From contig NC_086097.1 in assembly GCF_963921235.1 (NCBI RefSeq), forward strand, positions 47,122,001 to 47,186,000: a stretch of DNA of 64,000 bases, given 5' to 3'. The notes under the pieces were generated by a model. The model worked only from the letters and a program-made list of their open reading frames with translations, was not told the origin of the DNA and did not search any database. This DNA comes from Mobula hypostoma. Its lineage: Eukaryota. Positions within the stretch are counted from its first letter, which is position 1; each line of letters begins with the position of its first letter. The position numbers and the translations under genes were made by a program. Shown here in pieces: positions 1-12,732 of the stretch.

Positions 1-1121
1 AATTGGATAGCAGAGGGGAAAAAATTGTTCTTGAATCTTGTGTGCCTTAAGGCTTCTGTACCTCCTTCCTAATGGGAACAATGAAAAGAAGGCATGTCCT
101 AGTGATGAGGGTCCTTAATGGTGGACACTGTCTTCCTGATGCACTGCTCCTTGAAGATGTCTTGGATGCACTTGAGGCTAGTTCCATGATTGGAGCAGTT
201 AATTTTACAAATTTCTGCACCTTCAATCCTGTACAGTAGCACCCCCCACCCCCCGTCCCTGCATACCAGACGGTGATGCAACCAGTCAGAATGCCTTCCT
301 CTGTAGAAGTTTTCGAGTGATTTAGCTGACGACCCAAATCTCCTCAAACTCCTACTGAAATATAACCACAGTGTTGCCTTCTTTATAGTTGCATTAATAT
401 GTTCTTCTGAGATATTGACACCCAGCAACTAGAAATTGCTCACTCTCTCCACTTCTGCTCCCTCTATGAAGATTGGTTTGCGTTCCCTTGTTTTACCCTT
501 TCTGAAGTCCACAATCGGCTCCTTGATCTTACTAACATTGAGTGCAAGGTTGTTGCTACGACACCACTCAACTAGCTGGTGTTTCTTGCTCCTGTGCGCC
601 CTCACGTCACTGTCTGAGATTCTGCCAACAATGGTTGTATCATCAGAACATTTATATATGGCATTTAAGATATGTCCAGCCACACAGTCATGAGTACAGA
701 GAGAGTAGAGCAGTGGGAGAAGCACCAATCCCTGTAGTGTGCCACTATTGATTGTCAGCAAGTTGGAGATATATTTCCGATCCATACAGATTGTGGCCTT
801 CCAGTTAAGAAGTCGAGAATCCAATTGCATAGGGAGGTACCGAGGCCTAGATTCTGCAGCTTTTCGATCAGAGCTGTAGGAATGATGGTGTTAAACACTG
901 AGTTATAGTCAGTTAACAATATCCTGACATGGGTATTTGTATTGTCCAGGTGATCCAAGGCCACGTGGAGCCATTGAGATTGCGTCTGCCATAGACCTAT
1001 TGTGCCGATAGGCAAAATGCAGTGCGTCCAGGCACTTACTGAGCCAGGAGTTGATTCTAGCCACGACCAACCTCTCAAAGCATTTCATTACTGTAGATGT
1101 GAGTGCTACTGAGCGATAGTC
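1..1121 (-). mobile_element. Rex1/Babar-type LINE reverse transcriptase fragment, decayed
   Basis: Broken ORFs with [30 protein letters not shown]...SDDTTIVG and [10 protein letters not shown]. Confidence 0.85.
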
Positions 1122-1415
1122 TTGGGCAGTGGTATAATTGTTGCTTACACATTGTATCGAAAGGACAGGCAGGTAAGCAGAGGAGATGGGTTTGTTGGTC
1201 AAAAATTAAATCAAATCCTTAGAAAGAGGCGACATAGTATCGGAAGATATAACACCCTCATGGATAGAGTAAAGAAACTGCAAGGGTAAAAAGACCCTGA
1301 TGGAAGTTATATACAGCCTCTGAACAGTAGCCAGGATGTGGACTGCTAGTTGATTGGAGGGGGTCACTAGCAGGGATGATGGCAGAGTAGCAACGGCTGG
1401 AGTTTATGGGAGCAA

Positions 1416-1705
1416 ATATTATTATTATTGAGATATAGCGTGGAATAGGCCCTTCCAGCCCTTTGAGTGCCGCTGCCCAGCAATCCCTGATTTAACCCTA
1501 TCTTAATCACGGGACAATTTAGAATGACCATTTAACCTACCGACCAGCACATCTTGTGACTGTAGGAGGAAACCAGAGCACCCAGAGGAAGCCCACGCAG
1601 TCACGTGGAGAACGTACAAACTCCTTACAGGCAGCAGTGGGAATTGAACCCAGGTCACCTGTACTGCAAAGCGTTATGCAAACCACTACGCTACCGTGCT
1701 GTCCC
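1416..1705 (-). mobile_element. tRNA-derived V-SINE/HE1-like SINE
   Basis: On the minus strand: A box TAGCGTAGTGG, B box GGTTCAATTCC, core GGGTGCTCTGGTTTCCTCC, CR1-like tail ending in (AAT)n. Confidence 0.8.
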
Positions 1706-1889
1706 AATTCAGAAAGTGCAGGATAAATACATCCCAAAGAACAAGAAATATTCAAACGGCAGGATGACTCAACCGCTGCTGACAAAGGAAGTCAAAGTCA
1801 ACATAAAGCAAAAGGGAGGGCATATGATAGATCAAAAATTAGTGAGAAGTTAGAGGATTGATAAACTCAAAAACCAACAAAAGGGACTA

Positions 1890-1995
1890 ACGCAAACACG
1901 AGGAATTCTGCAGTTGCTGGAAATTCTAGCAACACACATCAAAGTTGCTGGTGAACACAGCAGTCCAGGCAGCATCTCTGGGAAGAGGTACAGTC
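1890..1995 (-). repeat. Penelope-like terminal-repeat fragment
   Basis: Near-identical to arms at 5617-5788, 30763-30896 and 53837-53940. Confidence 0.6.
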
Positions 1996-3019
1996 ATAGG
2001 GGCCAAAACATGAAGTATGAAGGTAATCTAGCCAATAATATCAAGAGGATACCAAGTATTTTTTTCAGATATATAAAGAGTAAAAGAAAAGTGAGAGTGG
2101 ATATCAGAATGCTGGAAAATGATGCTGGAGAGATAGTAACGATGCACAAGGACATGGTGGATGAACTGAATAAGTATTTTGCATCAGTCGTCACTATGGA
2201 AGACGCAGCAGTAGGCTGGAAGTTCGAGTGTGTCAGGAGACAGAAGTGAAAGCAATTGCTATTTATTGGGAGAAGATGCTTGGGAAGCTGAAAGGTCTGA
2301 AGGTAGAAAAGTCACCTGGACCAGATGGAATACAACCCAGGCTTCAGAAAGAGATAGCTGGGAGACTATGGAGGTATTAGTATTGATCTTTCAAGAGGCC
2401 AGGTCATTGGGTGGATTTAAGACGGAGGTTGATAGGTTCTTGATTAGTCACGGCCTGAAAGGTTATGGGGAAAAGCAGGAGGATGGAGTTGAGAGGGAAA
2501 TGGTATAGCAGGCTTGATAGGCTGAATGGCCTAATTCTGCTCCTTATGGTCACATGATGTTTTGGTCTTTCCTAAATATTACATATTTTAAGAGTTAAAC
2601 TGCACCACTTTTGCATGCTAATTTTAGTTCTTTCCATGAACTGACCATTCCAGTGTAAAAGAATTGTATGGTGACATCAAATAATCCCCAAAAGGCAGTT
2701 GTTTTGGCATGTTTGTTCAGTTTTCTGTAGTTGCATTTATATCAACTGCTGTTTCTAATCAAAATGAGTTGTAATGATTCTGGTTATTATTGTCAACAGC
2801 AGTCATCAGGCATTACAATATATTCTGATTTTTGTAATACCTTGAACACAAGTAGACCAGGTGAGGATTATGTCCACTAAATTTCAACTGTAGCTATTGT
2901 AAAATTTGAAGAAGTTCCTTCATTATTTCTAACAAGAAACTAGAACTGGGGCCATGGGTTAAGTGTGAACTGTGAAGCTGAAGGGGAGCATCATCAGTTA
3001 GAGAGTGATGTGAGTATAA

Positions 3020-3210
3020 AAGCCTGCTGCCAGCAGAAGTGGTGGATGCAGGTTTGAGTTCAATATTTAAGAGAAGATTGGATCAGTTCATGGATAGAGT
3101 TAAGGAGGGCTATGGTGCCGGTGCAATTCAATGAGACTAGGCAGTATAATAGTTCAGCACTGAGTAGATGAACTGAAGTGCCTGATCCTGTACTGTGGTG
3201 CTTAATGTTT
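3020..3210 (+). mobile_element. CR1 3' end fragment
   Basis: ctgccagcagaagtggtggatgcagg...gagggctatgg... CR1 3' terminal pattern. Confidence 0.65.
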
Positions 3211-4405
3211 GTGGTCTTCCACTACTGTAGCACATCCACTTTAAGGTTCAATGTGTTGTGTGTTCAGAAATGCATATCTGTGCACCACTGTTGTAACACA
3301 TAAGGTTATCCGAGTTCCTATCAGCTTGAACCAGTCTGGCCATTCTCCTCGGATCTGTCACGTTAACAAGGTGTTTTCACCCACAGTACTGCCGCTCACT
3401 GGTGTTTTTGTTTCATTTATGGCATCATTCTCTGTAAACTCTAGAGATTGTTGTGTGTGAAAATTCTAGGAGATTCTAGCAGTTTCTGTGATATTCAAAC
3501 CATCCTCTCTGGCACCAATTATCATTTCATGGTTAAAGTCACTCAGATCACATTTCAAAGGATTCAAAGGTACATTTAATGTCAGAGAAATGTATACAAT
3601 ATACATCCTGAAATGCTTTTTCTTTGCAACCATCCACGAAAACAGAGGAGTGTCCCAAAGAATGAACGACAGTTAAATATTAGAACCCCATAGTCCCCCC
3701 CAGCTCCCCCTCCCACGTGTAAGCGACAGCAAGCAAAAATCCCCACTCCCCACACCAGTTTAAAAAAAAGCGCATTGACACCCGCCACCAAGCACTCAAG
3801 CATGAGCAAGCAACAGTAAAGACACAGACTTGCAATAATCCCACAGTCTTCACGTTTCACTCGGTATTCGACATACCACAGGTGCTCTCTCTCCCTAATA
3901 AGGGAGAAAGAGGTGCCTCTGTTTTCATAGCGAGTGGGGAGACATAACAAACAACTCTCTGGTTTACGATGTTAAAGGTCCACTACATCGCTTTTTCTTG
4001 AGCTCTGGGCACGCAGCCACAGATATTCCAATTCCCCCGATGACACACGGGTCTCCTGCCGTGACAACGACCCTTGATCCGCCTGTCTCCAGAGCCCGGA
4101 GGTTCAAGGCTTCCAAAGCTGAGCCCTTGGCATGCCGAACAACGGCCAGTTATGGAACCCCAAGAGTGGATCCCATTCCCACAAAGAACCGTAGTCAGCG
4201 TGTAACTCCAGGTCAGGGTCTTCAAAAGAACCCTGAAAGGGTTCCCCATTCTTCCCCATTCTGATGTTTGGTCTGAGCAATAACTGAACTTCTTGATCAG
4301 CTCTGCATGCTTTTATTTATTGAGTTGCTGCCACATGATTGGCAGATTAGATATTTGCATTAACGAGCAGGTATACAGGTGTACTTAATAAAGTGGCCAC
4401 TGAGT
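3210..4405. mobile_element. Non-autonomous Tc1-like element with a nested insertion at ~3554-4241
   Basis: Ends in the Tc1-like terminus ...aataaagtggccactgagt. Host sequence agatcacatttc / ttccccattctgatg is split by a ~690-bp insert with a LINE-like (ttcaaagg) tail. Confidence 0.5.
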
Positions 4406-4780
4406 TTAATTGTCGGTGATTTGTCCAGTGAGTAAACTCAGCTTGATGAGAGGTGTAAGTCTTTAATACTAGATATACTAATGGGTTTGTTTTGAGTTTA
4501 ATTAAAAAATTGACAGTTTTTGAAAGCCCTCATTAAATACTTTTATTTGTGTATTTTCTTTAAATATAAAAATAAGCTTTCAGACATAAGAAAGTACTAA
4601 CGAATTGAAGTTTTCTATATCCTTATTACATCTGTTGAATATTATATAGAATTGATTGTGAGGATAGTAGATATATGACAGCAGGATTTTAATAAAGAAA
4701 ATAATTTATTTTTAAAAAATTATTAATATTTTAACTGTAGTTGATTTCTTGTCACCTAAACTACTTCATTGTCCTCTTAG

Positions 4781-4937
4781 TTGGAAGTCAGTGATTCAAG
4801 CTCCAGCAGTAATCTTTCATTAGCAAAGATCAGGCCAAGCAGTGACCTCAACAATAGCACTGGACAATCCCCCTCCCATCATAAGGTCCAAAGAAGTATT
4901 TCTGCCAATCAGAAACAAAGACGGTACAGTGATCATG
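4781..4937 (+). CDS. MARK3: MARK3 internal exon (spacer region, 157 nt)
   Basis: Acceptor ctcttag|, donor |gtgagt. Encodes [52 protein letters not shown], which resembles the vertebrate MARK3 spacer. Ends in phase 1. Confidence 0.95.
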
Positions 4938-5209
4938 GTGAGTGTTCTGAACCATCCCGAAATGTTGGAAAAATTTATTTTCTTTCATTTTCTGAATGAA
5001 ACAGCTCCTGCCTGTTTCTGACTGTAGCAACAGAATGTATATTGCATCCTGAGCCTAAAATTCCATGTACTTGGTGTTTGAAATGTTTCTAAAGTCTGTT
5101 TTAATATACTTTTAAGTGACAGACTTGATGGATTTATAGATTTAAAAATGAAATGACAATTACGGATTTTGAAAAACTTAACCAGAAAATCTTTTTATTT
5201 TATTTGAAG

Positions 5210-5424
5210 CTGGACCCTCTATTCCACCAGTGGTATCCTATGCAAAAAGAAGTCAGACCAGCACAACAGACAGTGACTTGAAGGAGGAAGTTCAGTCAAG
5301 GAAGTCAAGTACCACTGCTGTCGGAGGAAGAGGAATTATTCCTTCCAGCCCGAAATTGGGAAATGCTAGCAATCCTAATAAAGCAGAGATTCCTGATCGT
5401 AAAAAGAATTCTGCTGTTACTAGT
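5210..5424 (+). CDS. MARK3: MARK3 internal exon (215 nt)
   Basis: tttgaag| ... |gtaagc. In phase with the previous exon: (A)[26 protein letters not shown]...[22 protein letters not shown]. Confidence 0.95.
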
Positions 5425-5616
5425 GTAAGCATAACAGATGCTAATTCTAAATATAACATGAACATTTTGCGAGATTTGTATTATTTTATGAAATTGATGG
5501 AATGTTTATTTAGTTTAAAGAACTCAAAGCCCAGACATGTTACAAATAAATGTTTGAAGTGTGATAAATAAGATAATCGTTTGGGTGTTTTTGGATGACA
5601 CATAATTGTTGACTTT

Positions 5617-5788
5617 GCAACACACACCAAAGTTGCTGGTGAACGCAGCAGGCCAGGCAGCATCTGTAGGAAGAGGTGCAGTCGACGTTTCAGGCCGAGA
5701 CCCTTCCTACAGATGCTGCCTGGCCTGCTGCGTTCACCAGCAACTTTGATGTGTGTTGCTTGAATTTCCAGCATCTGCAGAATTCCTG
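5617..5788. repeat. Palindromic Penelope-like terminal insertion
   Basis: 57-bp inverted arms 5617-5673 and 5703-5759 (1 mismatch), flanked by direct repeat TTGTTGACTTTGCA at 5606-5619 and 5789-5802. Confidence 0.8.
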
Positions 5789-6381
5789 TTGTTGACTTTG
5801 CATCTGTTTTTCCATATTGTACCTTCATATCTTTATATATTTGAGAGGACACACTGATTTTTGGTTTAATGACTTGTGTAAAGATAGGATGTCTAAGTTA
5901 CAGCACCCTCTCAGTACTGCATTGGAGTTCCTGCAAAAATGTTTCTGAAGCATGGTTTGAGCCTACAATCCTTTGACTCAGTCCACTGAGGCAAAGCCAG
6001 ATTATTCTTGTATGTTACTTGATTACAAGAGAAAATATTTTTAATAAGATGTTGCTCAACAGTGGAGTAATAGCACCCATTGCAGAGGGCTATGTTCCAA
6101 AATTCAAGCTTAACTAATTACTGCTCAAATGTTTTTGTGAAGCAGGCTTGCAGGTTTTGGCCTGGGATGCGGAATGAAGTTCTGCAGAGAATGTTTTGGT
6201 TCCTGCATATGGTCTTTCATGTGCATTTTACTTGCGTGTTTAGTATTGCTCTTCTAGAGATCAACATTTCACACTGTACGCATTCTACCTGAAGCTACAA
6301 GAAGCTATTATATTATAGAATGAACATAGAAACAATTCTAGTGCAGATGGAAAGGAATCATGCCTATCTTTCTGTTACCAG

Positions 6382-6485
6382 AATAATACAGTGTCTGGAG
6401 GAATGACCCGACGGAATACATATGTCTGCAGTGAAAGAACCAACATAGATAGGCATTCTGTATTACAGAATGGTAAAGAGAACAG
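6382..6485 (+). CDS. MARK3: MARK3 internal exon (104 nt)
   Basis: ttaccag| ... |gtgagt. Encodes [34 protein letters not shown](S). Not in the ORF track. Confidence 0.95.
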
Positions 6486-6898
6486 GTGAGTGAGTAGAAT
6501 CAAATTTGATTTATAATGATGCAGAATTCACTTTAGCTTAGAACACTTCATTACACTAATATTCCAAAGGATTCTATTAGGATGATGGAAGATAAATTAA
6601 AATATTGTACATGCCATACAGTTTATCAATTATTGCTCTGTATATTTTCAGTAGATGTTTCTGTATGCTTAAATAGCTTTTGATGCTAAAAGATAGACTA
6701 CTGTTTTTTCTTTTCTACTACTTCGCAATTTTAAAATTACTTTTCTACTTCTGCCCTCACATATATTTGAAATAGTAGAATCTCAGCTAACTTTAAACAG
6801 CATGGTGTTTGCTTTTTAATTTGCACTTGTTCAACATTGTGCTCCATGTTGTACTTCTGTCTGCTTCTGCCTCTTATCTCAACCACACTTCATCACAG

Positions 6899-7093
6899 CC
6901 TGACAGAAATGTCTGCTTGTGCGACTAGTTCTGCGTCTGCGTATGTATCTGCTCCTGCATCTACATCCGCTTCTGCTACATCTTCCACTACTACTCGATT
7001 ACGGCATCAGAAGTCAATGTCCATATCAGGCTCAGGGTATGCTACCAAGATGATGCCTGCAATAGACAATGAAGCAGATAACTTCAACCCTAA
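6899..7093 (+). CDS. MARK3: MARK3 in-frame (probably alternative) exon, 195 nt
   Basis: catcacag| ... |gtaagc, phase 2 to phase 2. Encodes LTEMSACATSS...RLRHQKSMSISGSGYATKMMPAIDNEADNFNP. The LTEM and RHQKSMS motifs match the equivalent MARK1/MARK2 exon and long MARK3 isoforms as I recall them. Confidence 0.88.
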
Positions 7094-7982
7094 GTAAGCA
7101 AAGGAGGCTAATTCATTAAGTTTACTTGCTGATGTTTTTTTTACCCTATTCTAATTTTGTTTAATTTTTCTTAATTTTGGAATATTGTAAATGCATAGAT
7201 TTAGCTGCAGCCTAGTGCTGGTGCCACTGTTCTGAAGAATCTGTAAAAATCTTTTGATCGCAGTCTTGCAGTTGGTATATGGTAGTTCTGTGTTGAATAT
7301 ACGATCTTTTAGCATTACATCCAAGAGCAAGATAAATTAACAAAGTTCCGATTATTTATTTTGTCTGTAGTTGTAAATGCCGTATACATAGCATTCATGA
7401 AGCATAGTGGTGTTCTTAGTCCTTAGACTGAGGGAATAAGCTGTTTATTTTCATTTGTGTTTAGGTCACATACAATGATCAGTATTTTTCTCTAGCTTCA
7501 TTTCAAATATAATTCTAGCTATCTCAAAAGGAATTTGAATGCAGGTTAAATTGCTAATGAATAAGTTCTGTCAATTAGTGCTATCTTGATTTCATCATAT
7601 AGAAAAGTGTTTAATATTTATCTAGATTATGAAGACATGCAGTCCTCTTATTGTCATTTAGTGATGCATGCATTAAGAAATGATACAATATTTCCTTCTA
7701 ATCTTGTATGCGAGAACTGTGCGAGAATGCGTAATTGCAGGTCGGCTTTCCTATTTGTTTTGTGGCTTTTAATAGTTTTTGTCACAGCTCTATCTTGTAA
7801 AAATTTAAATACTTAATGTCATTATTTTGTTGTTTTATCTACTTGTAGCTGGTTTTAACTCAAAATTATTTTAAGAAATAATAGAATATTAATACTATTA
7901 TGTCTAATTTGTAATTACCAGTTCATTAATATGCAGTAGTTCTGGAATGATTTTGTTGCTTTTTTAAAATGTTTTCTTATAG

Positions 7983-8243
7983 TACTGCTCCAGGGCAAAG
8001 AACTCCTGTGACTTCCACTCACAGTATCAGCAGCGCAACCACTCCTGACAGAATCCGTTTCCCTCGGGGAACTGCAAGTCGTAGCACTTTCCATGGTGGT
8101 CAGCTCAGAGAGCGACGAAATGCAACCTACAATGGACCACCTGCATCTCCTACACTGTCTCATGATGCCACTCCTTTGTCGCAGACACGGAGTAGAGGCT
8201 CTACAAACCTCTTTAGTAAATTGACCTCAAAACTCACAAGAAG
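7983..8243 (+). CDS. MARK3: MARK3 internal exon (261 nt) carrying the conserved aPKC site RSTFH
   Basis: tcttatag| ... |gtagga. Encodes [39 protein letters not shown]...[17 protein letters not shown](R). Confidence 0.96.
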
Positions 8244-8489
8244 GTAGGAAATATTGAGTATATAGATTTTTTTTTACCATCTATCACATAAATTCACTCC
8301 AATGTTTAATTATTTCATCTTCATAAATTTACATTGAACTTTCTACAAACTTGAGCGTGTTGCTAAATATAAGTGCTTATAAATGTCATTACTGTTTTAA
8401 AAAAAAGCATTGCCTAAAATTTTAAGTTTTATGTTTTTTTTGGAAACTGCCACTGTTGCATTTTTATTGTATAATTTGAAAAAAAAAAG

Positions 8490-11400
8490 ACCATTTATAC
8501 ATAGGAGCAAAATGAGGCCATTCAGCCCATCAAGTCTGCTCCAACATTCCATAATAGCTAATTTATTATCCCTTTCAACCCCATTCACCTGCCTTCTCCC
8601 CATAACCTTTGATGTTTTGACTATTCAAGAACCTACAAATCTCTGCTTTAAATATTCCCTATGACTTGGCCTCCACAGCCATCCGTGGCAATGAATTCCA
8701 CAGATTCACTACCCTTTGGCTAAAGAAATTCCTCGTCTCTTCCAAATGGACATCCTTCTATTCTAAGACTATGCCCTCTAGTCCCAGACTCCCTACTATA
8801 GGAAACTCTCCACTCTATCTTAGGTCTTTTAATATTTGATAGATTTCAATTGGATACCCCTCCCCCCAGTTATCTAAACTCCAACGAGTACAGGCCCAGA
8901 GCCATCATTTGCTCTTCATACATTAACCTTTTCATTCCTGGAATCATACTTGTAAATCTCATCTGGATCCTTTCCAATGCCAGCACATCTTTTCTTCGAT
9001 AAGGGGTCCAAAACTGCTCACGATACTCTGGGATGACCAATGCCTTATAAAGCCTCAACATTACATCCTTGCTCTTGTATTCTAGAACTCTCAAAATGAA
9101 TGCTATTGCATTTTCTTCCTTACTACTGACTCAACCTACAAGCTAACATTCAAGGAATCCTGCACAAGGACATCCAAGTTCCTTTGCACCTCTGATTTTT
9201 GAATTTTCACCCAGTTTAGAAAATAGTTTATACCTTCATTATTTCTATCAGAGTGCATGACTGTACACTTCCCTACACTATATTCCATCTGCTACTTATT
9301 TGCCCATTCTCCCAAACTAAGTCTGTCGTTAGACTCTCTGCTTCCTCAAAACTACTTGCTCCATCACCTGTCTTCATATCATCCGCAACCTTGGCCGCAA
9401 AGCCATCAATTCCGTAATCCAAAACATGGACATATTACGTGAAACGAAGTGGTCCCAATGCTGATCTCTGTGGGAGAACACTTGTCAGAATAGGTCTTCT
9501 TTAGTCCCACTCTTTGCAATCTGCCAGTCAGCCAGTCTTTTATTCATGCTAGAATCTTTCCTGTAATACCAAGGGCTACCAAGGGCATTGTGTGTGGTAC
9601 CTTGTCAAAGGCCTTCTGAAAATCCAAGTAAACATCCACTGACTCTCCTTTGTCTATGCTGCCTGTTATTTCCTCAAAGAATTCGAACACATTTGTCTTC
9701 CAAGGCTCCTACTTAAGGAAGCCTTGCTGACTTTGGCCTATTTTATCATGTGCCTCCAAGTACCCTGAAACCTCATCCTGAATAATGGACTCCTATATCT
9801 TCCCAACCACTGAAGTCATGCTAACTGGCCTATAATTTCCTTTCTTTGCCTCCCTCCCTCCTTAAAGTGTGGAGTGATATTTGTAATTTTCCAGTCCTCC
9901 AGAACCATTCCAGAATGTAGTGATTCTTGAAAGATCATTACTAGTGTCTCCACAATCTCTTCAGCTATCTCTTTCAGAACCCTGGGTGTATTCTATTCCA
10001 TCAGGCTGCGATGACTTAAGACCTGTCAGCTTCTCAAATACCTTCTGCTTAGTAGTAGTAACTACACTCACACTTTTAGATTTCTGACATATGGCTAGTG
10101 TTTTCCACAGTGAAGACTAATGCAAAATACTTAAGTTCATCTGCCATTTCTTTATCCCCTATTACTGCCTGTACAGTGTCGTTTTCCAAGAGCCCACTCT
10201 CACCTCTTTCACTCTTTATATATCTGAAAAATGTTTGGTATTCTCTTTTATATTATTGGTTTCATATTTCTTTTTTTCTCGCCTTTTGTCTTTTTTTGGT
10301 TGCCTTCTGTTGATTTTTAAAAGCTTCCCAAGCCTCTAATTTCCCACTGGTCTTTGCTATATTATATGCCCTCTCTTTTGCTTTTATGCTGTCTTTGATT
10401 TCCCTTGTCAGCCACAGTTGCCTCATCCTTCCTTTAGAACAGGGGTGCCTAACCTTTTCTAAGCCATGGACCAATACCATTAAGCAAGGGGTCTGTGGAC
10501 CCCAGGTTGGGAACTCATGCTTTAGATGAATACTTCATCATTCTGCGCCTTCTGAATTCCCTCCAGAAACTCGGGCCATTACTGTTCTAACATCATCCCT
10601 ACTCCTGTCCCCTTCCTATCAACTTTGGCCAGCTCCTCTTTCATGCCTTGGTAATGCCCTTTACTCCACTGTAACACTGATACATCTGACCTTAGCATCT
10701 TCCTCTCAAACTGCAAGGTGAATTCTATCATATTATGATCACTGCCTATTAAGGGTTCCTTTACGTTAAGCTCCCTAATCAAATCCGGTTCATTGCACAA
10801 CACCCAGTCCAGAATTGCCTTTGCCCTAGTGGACTCAAACGCAAGCTGTTCTAAAAAGTCATCTTATAGGCATTCTGTAAATTCCCTCTATTGAACCTGA
10901 TTTTCCCAGTCCACTTGCATATTGAAATCTCCCATGTCTGTCATAACATACCCCTTTTGCATGTTTTTTCTGTCTCCCTTTGAATCTATATTCCACGTCT
11001 TGGTTACTGCTTGGAGACCTGTATATAACTCTCATCTGATCTTTTTACCATTGCAGTTTCTTAATTGTACCCACAAGAATTCTACATCTTCCGATCCAGC
11101 GTCTTCTCTTTCCAAGAATTTGATTTCAATTTTGTTTTACCAACAGAGCCACCCACACCCCCTCTGCCTATCTGCCTGTCCTTTCAATACAATGTATACC
11201 TTTGGATGTTAAGCTGCCAACTTTGATCTTCTTTCAACCACATCTCAGTGATGCCCACAACATCATACTTGCCAATCTCTAACTGCGCTGCAAGGTCATG
11301 TATCTTATTCTGAGTGTGTTCAGATATAACACCTTTAGTACTGTATTCATTACCCTTTTCAATTTTGCTCCCATGTTACACTTCAAATCATCCCGCTGAC

Positions 11401-11755
11401 TAATATGTCCTATCATCTACTTGCCTTTCTTCAGTCTTACTACACAATGCATCTACTGGTACACCACCTACCCCATCCTCAGCCCTATTGCTCTGGTAAA
11501 TTAGTTTAAACCCTCCCCAACAGCTCAACAAACCTGCCTTGCAAGGATATTGGTCCCCCTCAGATAGGTGTAACCTATCCTTATTGTACCAGTTATACCT
11601 TCCCTAGAAAAGATTCCAATGATCCAGAAATCTGAAATCCTATCCCCTGCACCACTTCCTCAGCCACTCATTCATTTGTGCTATCATTCTATTCCTGCCC
11701 TGCCTAGCACATGGTACTGGGAGTAATCTAGAGATTACTGCCTTGGAGGTCCTGA
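8490..11755 (-). mobile_element. Long decayed CR1 LINE (ORF1 end to ORF2 3' end)
   Basis: ORF remnants LEYKSKDVMLRLYKALV...ERIQMRFTSMIPGM and EPLIGSDHNMIEF; CR1 3' end near 8500. Confidence 0.88.
10440..10519. mobile_element. 80-bp hAT (Charlie-like) MITE nested in CR1
   Basis: Ends CAGGGGTGCCTAACCT and AGGTTGGGAACTCATG; 8-bp TSD CTTTAGAA / CTTTAGAT. Confidence 0.75.
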
Positions 11756-12732
11756 GTAGAGGCAGTAGTAGACATATGACCCCGAGCAGTTTGCTAGTAT
11801 TAAATAATTTGCTGCATCATAAAGTTTTTCAGAGTATTGTGGACCTTCCAGTGCATCAATGGACTGGGTTTCAAGTATAGCTACTGTTTGTATGTAGGTG
11901 AAAGCATGAGTGAATTCACACTGCAAAGTCCCGTGAATGACAGGAGAAACAAACCAGTTAAAACTGTTTTAGTAGATTTAATTGGACTATATTCTAGAAG
12001 AACTGTCTTGATTTTTAATTAATATAATGGGTTCTTTAGTTCCTCATGGGGAATTTAAGAGATCTGGTTAAAACAAAAGCAAGTAAGATTCCTGACTAGT
12101 CAACAAACTTTGGATTCAGATGTTGAATTAATACCATTGGACTAAAGTGGTATTATGCCAATTGTCCAATGATGTAGAAATTTTTGTGATGACTTTTTTT
12201 TTGCTTTAACAAAGTAAATGATTTGCGTCCCTTTCGCAATACCAGGATGCTCCTTAGTGCTGAACTTAAGTTTTGAAAAGTATACTATTTGAACTATTCT
12301 AGTGATATAGTTGTATTAAACTGTTTTAAACATTAAATAATATAGTAACTTCAATAAAATATGTTCATATTTAAAGTGATGTGCAAGTGTTTTAGTATAC
12401 AGTGCTATTTAGATTTGTAGAGGTGCAAATTCAAATTGAGTACCTACAGATTTCAGTTTTTTGATTCTTAAAATATTGCAGTTCTCTATTATTACATTTT
12501 CATTGTTCACTACATTATTGTATGGCCATCTTACTAAGAAACTGTGAAATAAATATTTGGAAATAGATTCTTAATGAATCTCATTGAAACATCCTTAACA
12601 AACCAAATAAAGTGTAATTCCAAAATAGATTTTGTTTTCTCTATAGATGTGACAATGGATAGAGAAAACAAAATTTTGTGGAAAATTCAAGGTGTACTGG
12701 AATTTTTTTTTCCTGGCTTAAATGTAGTAGCG

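Larger units (their letters stand above)
1140..2550 (+). mobile_element. CR1-type LINE fragments, interrupted by a SINE and a Penelope-like terminus
   Basis: FFRYIKSKRKVRVDI...ELNKYFASV; typical CR1 3' end (gggctgaatggcctaattctgctcc-like) near 2520-2545. Confidence 0.8.

Noticed and set aside
1630..1705. tRNA gene
   Set aside because: The A and B boxes belong to a SINE head followed by a SINE core and LINE-derived tail; no full cloverleaf is evident.
5617..5759. Conserved pre-miRNA
   Set aside because: The arms belong to a dispersed repeat family and are flanked by a TSD; reported as a repeat-derived hairpin instead.
6837..6898. Signal-peptide-like N-terminus (MCSMLYFCLLLPLIS) of the ORF 6837-7097
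   Set aside because: It is the translated polypyrimidine tract upstream of the acceptor at 6898.
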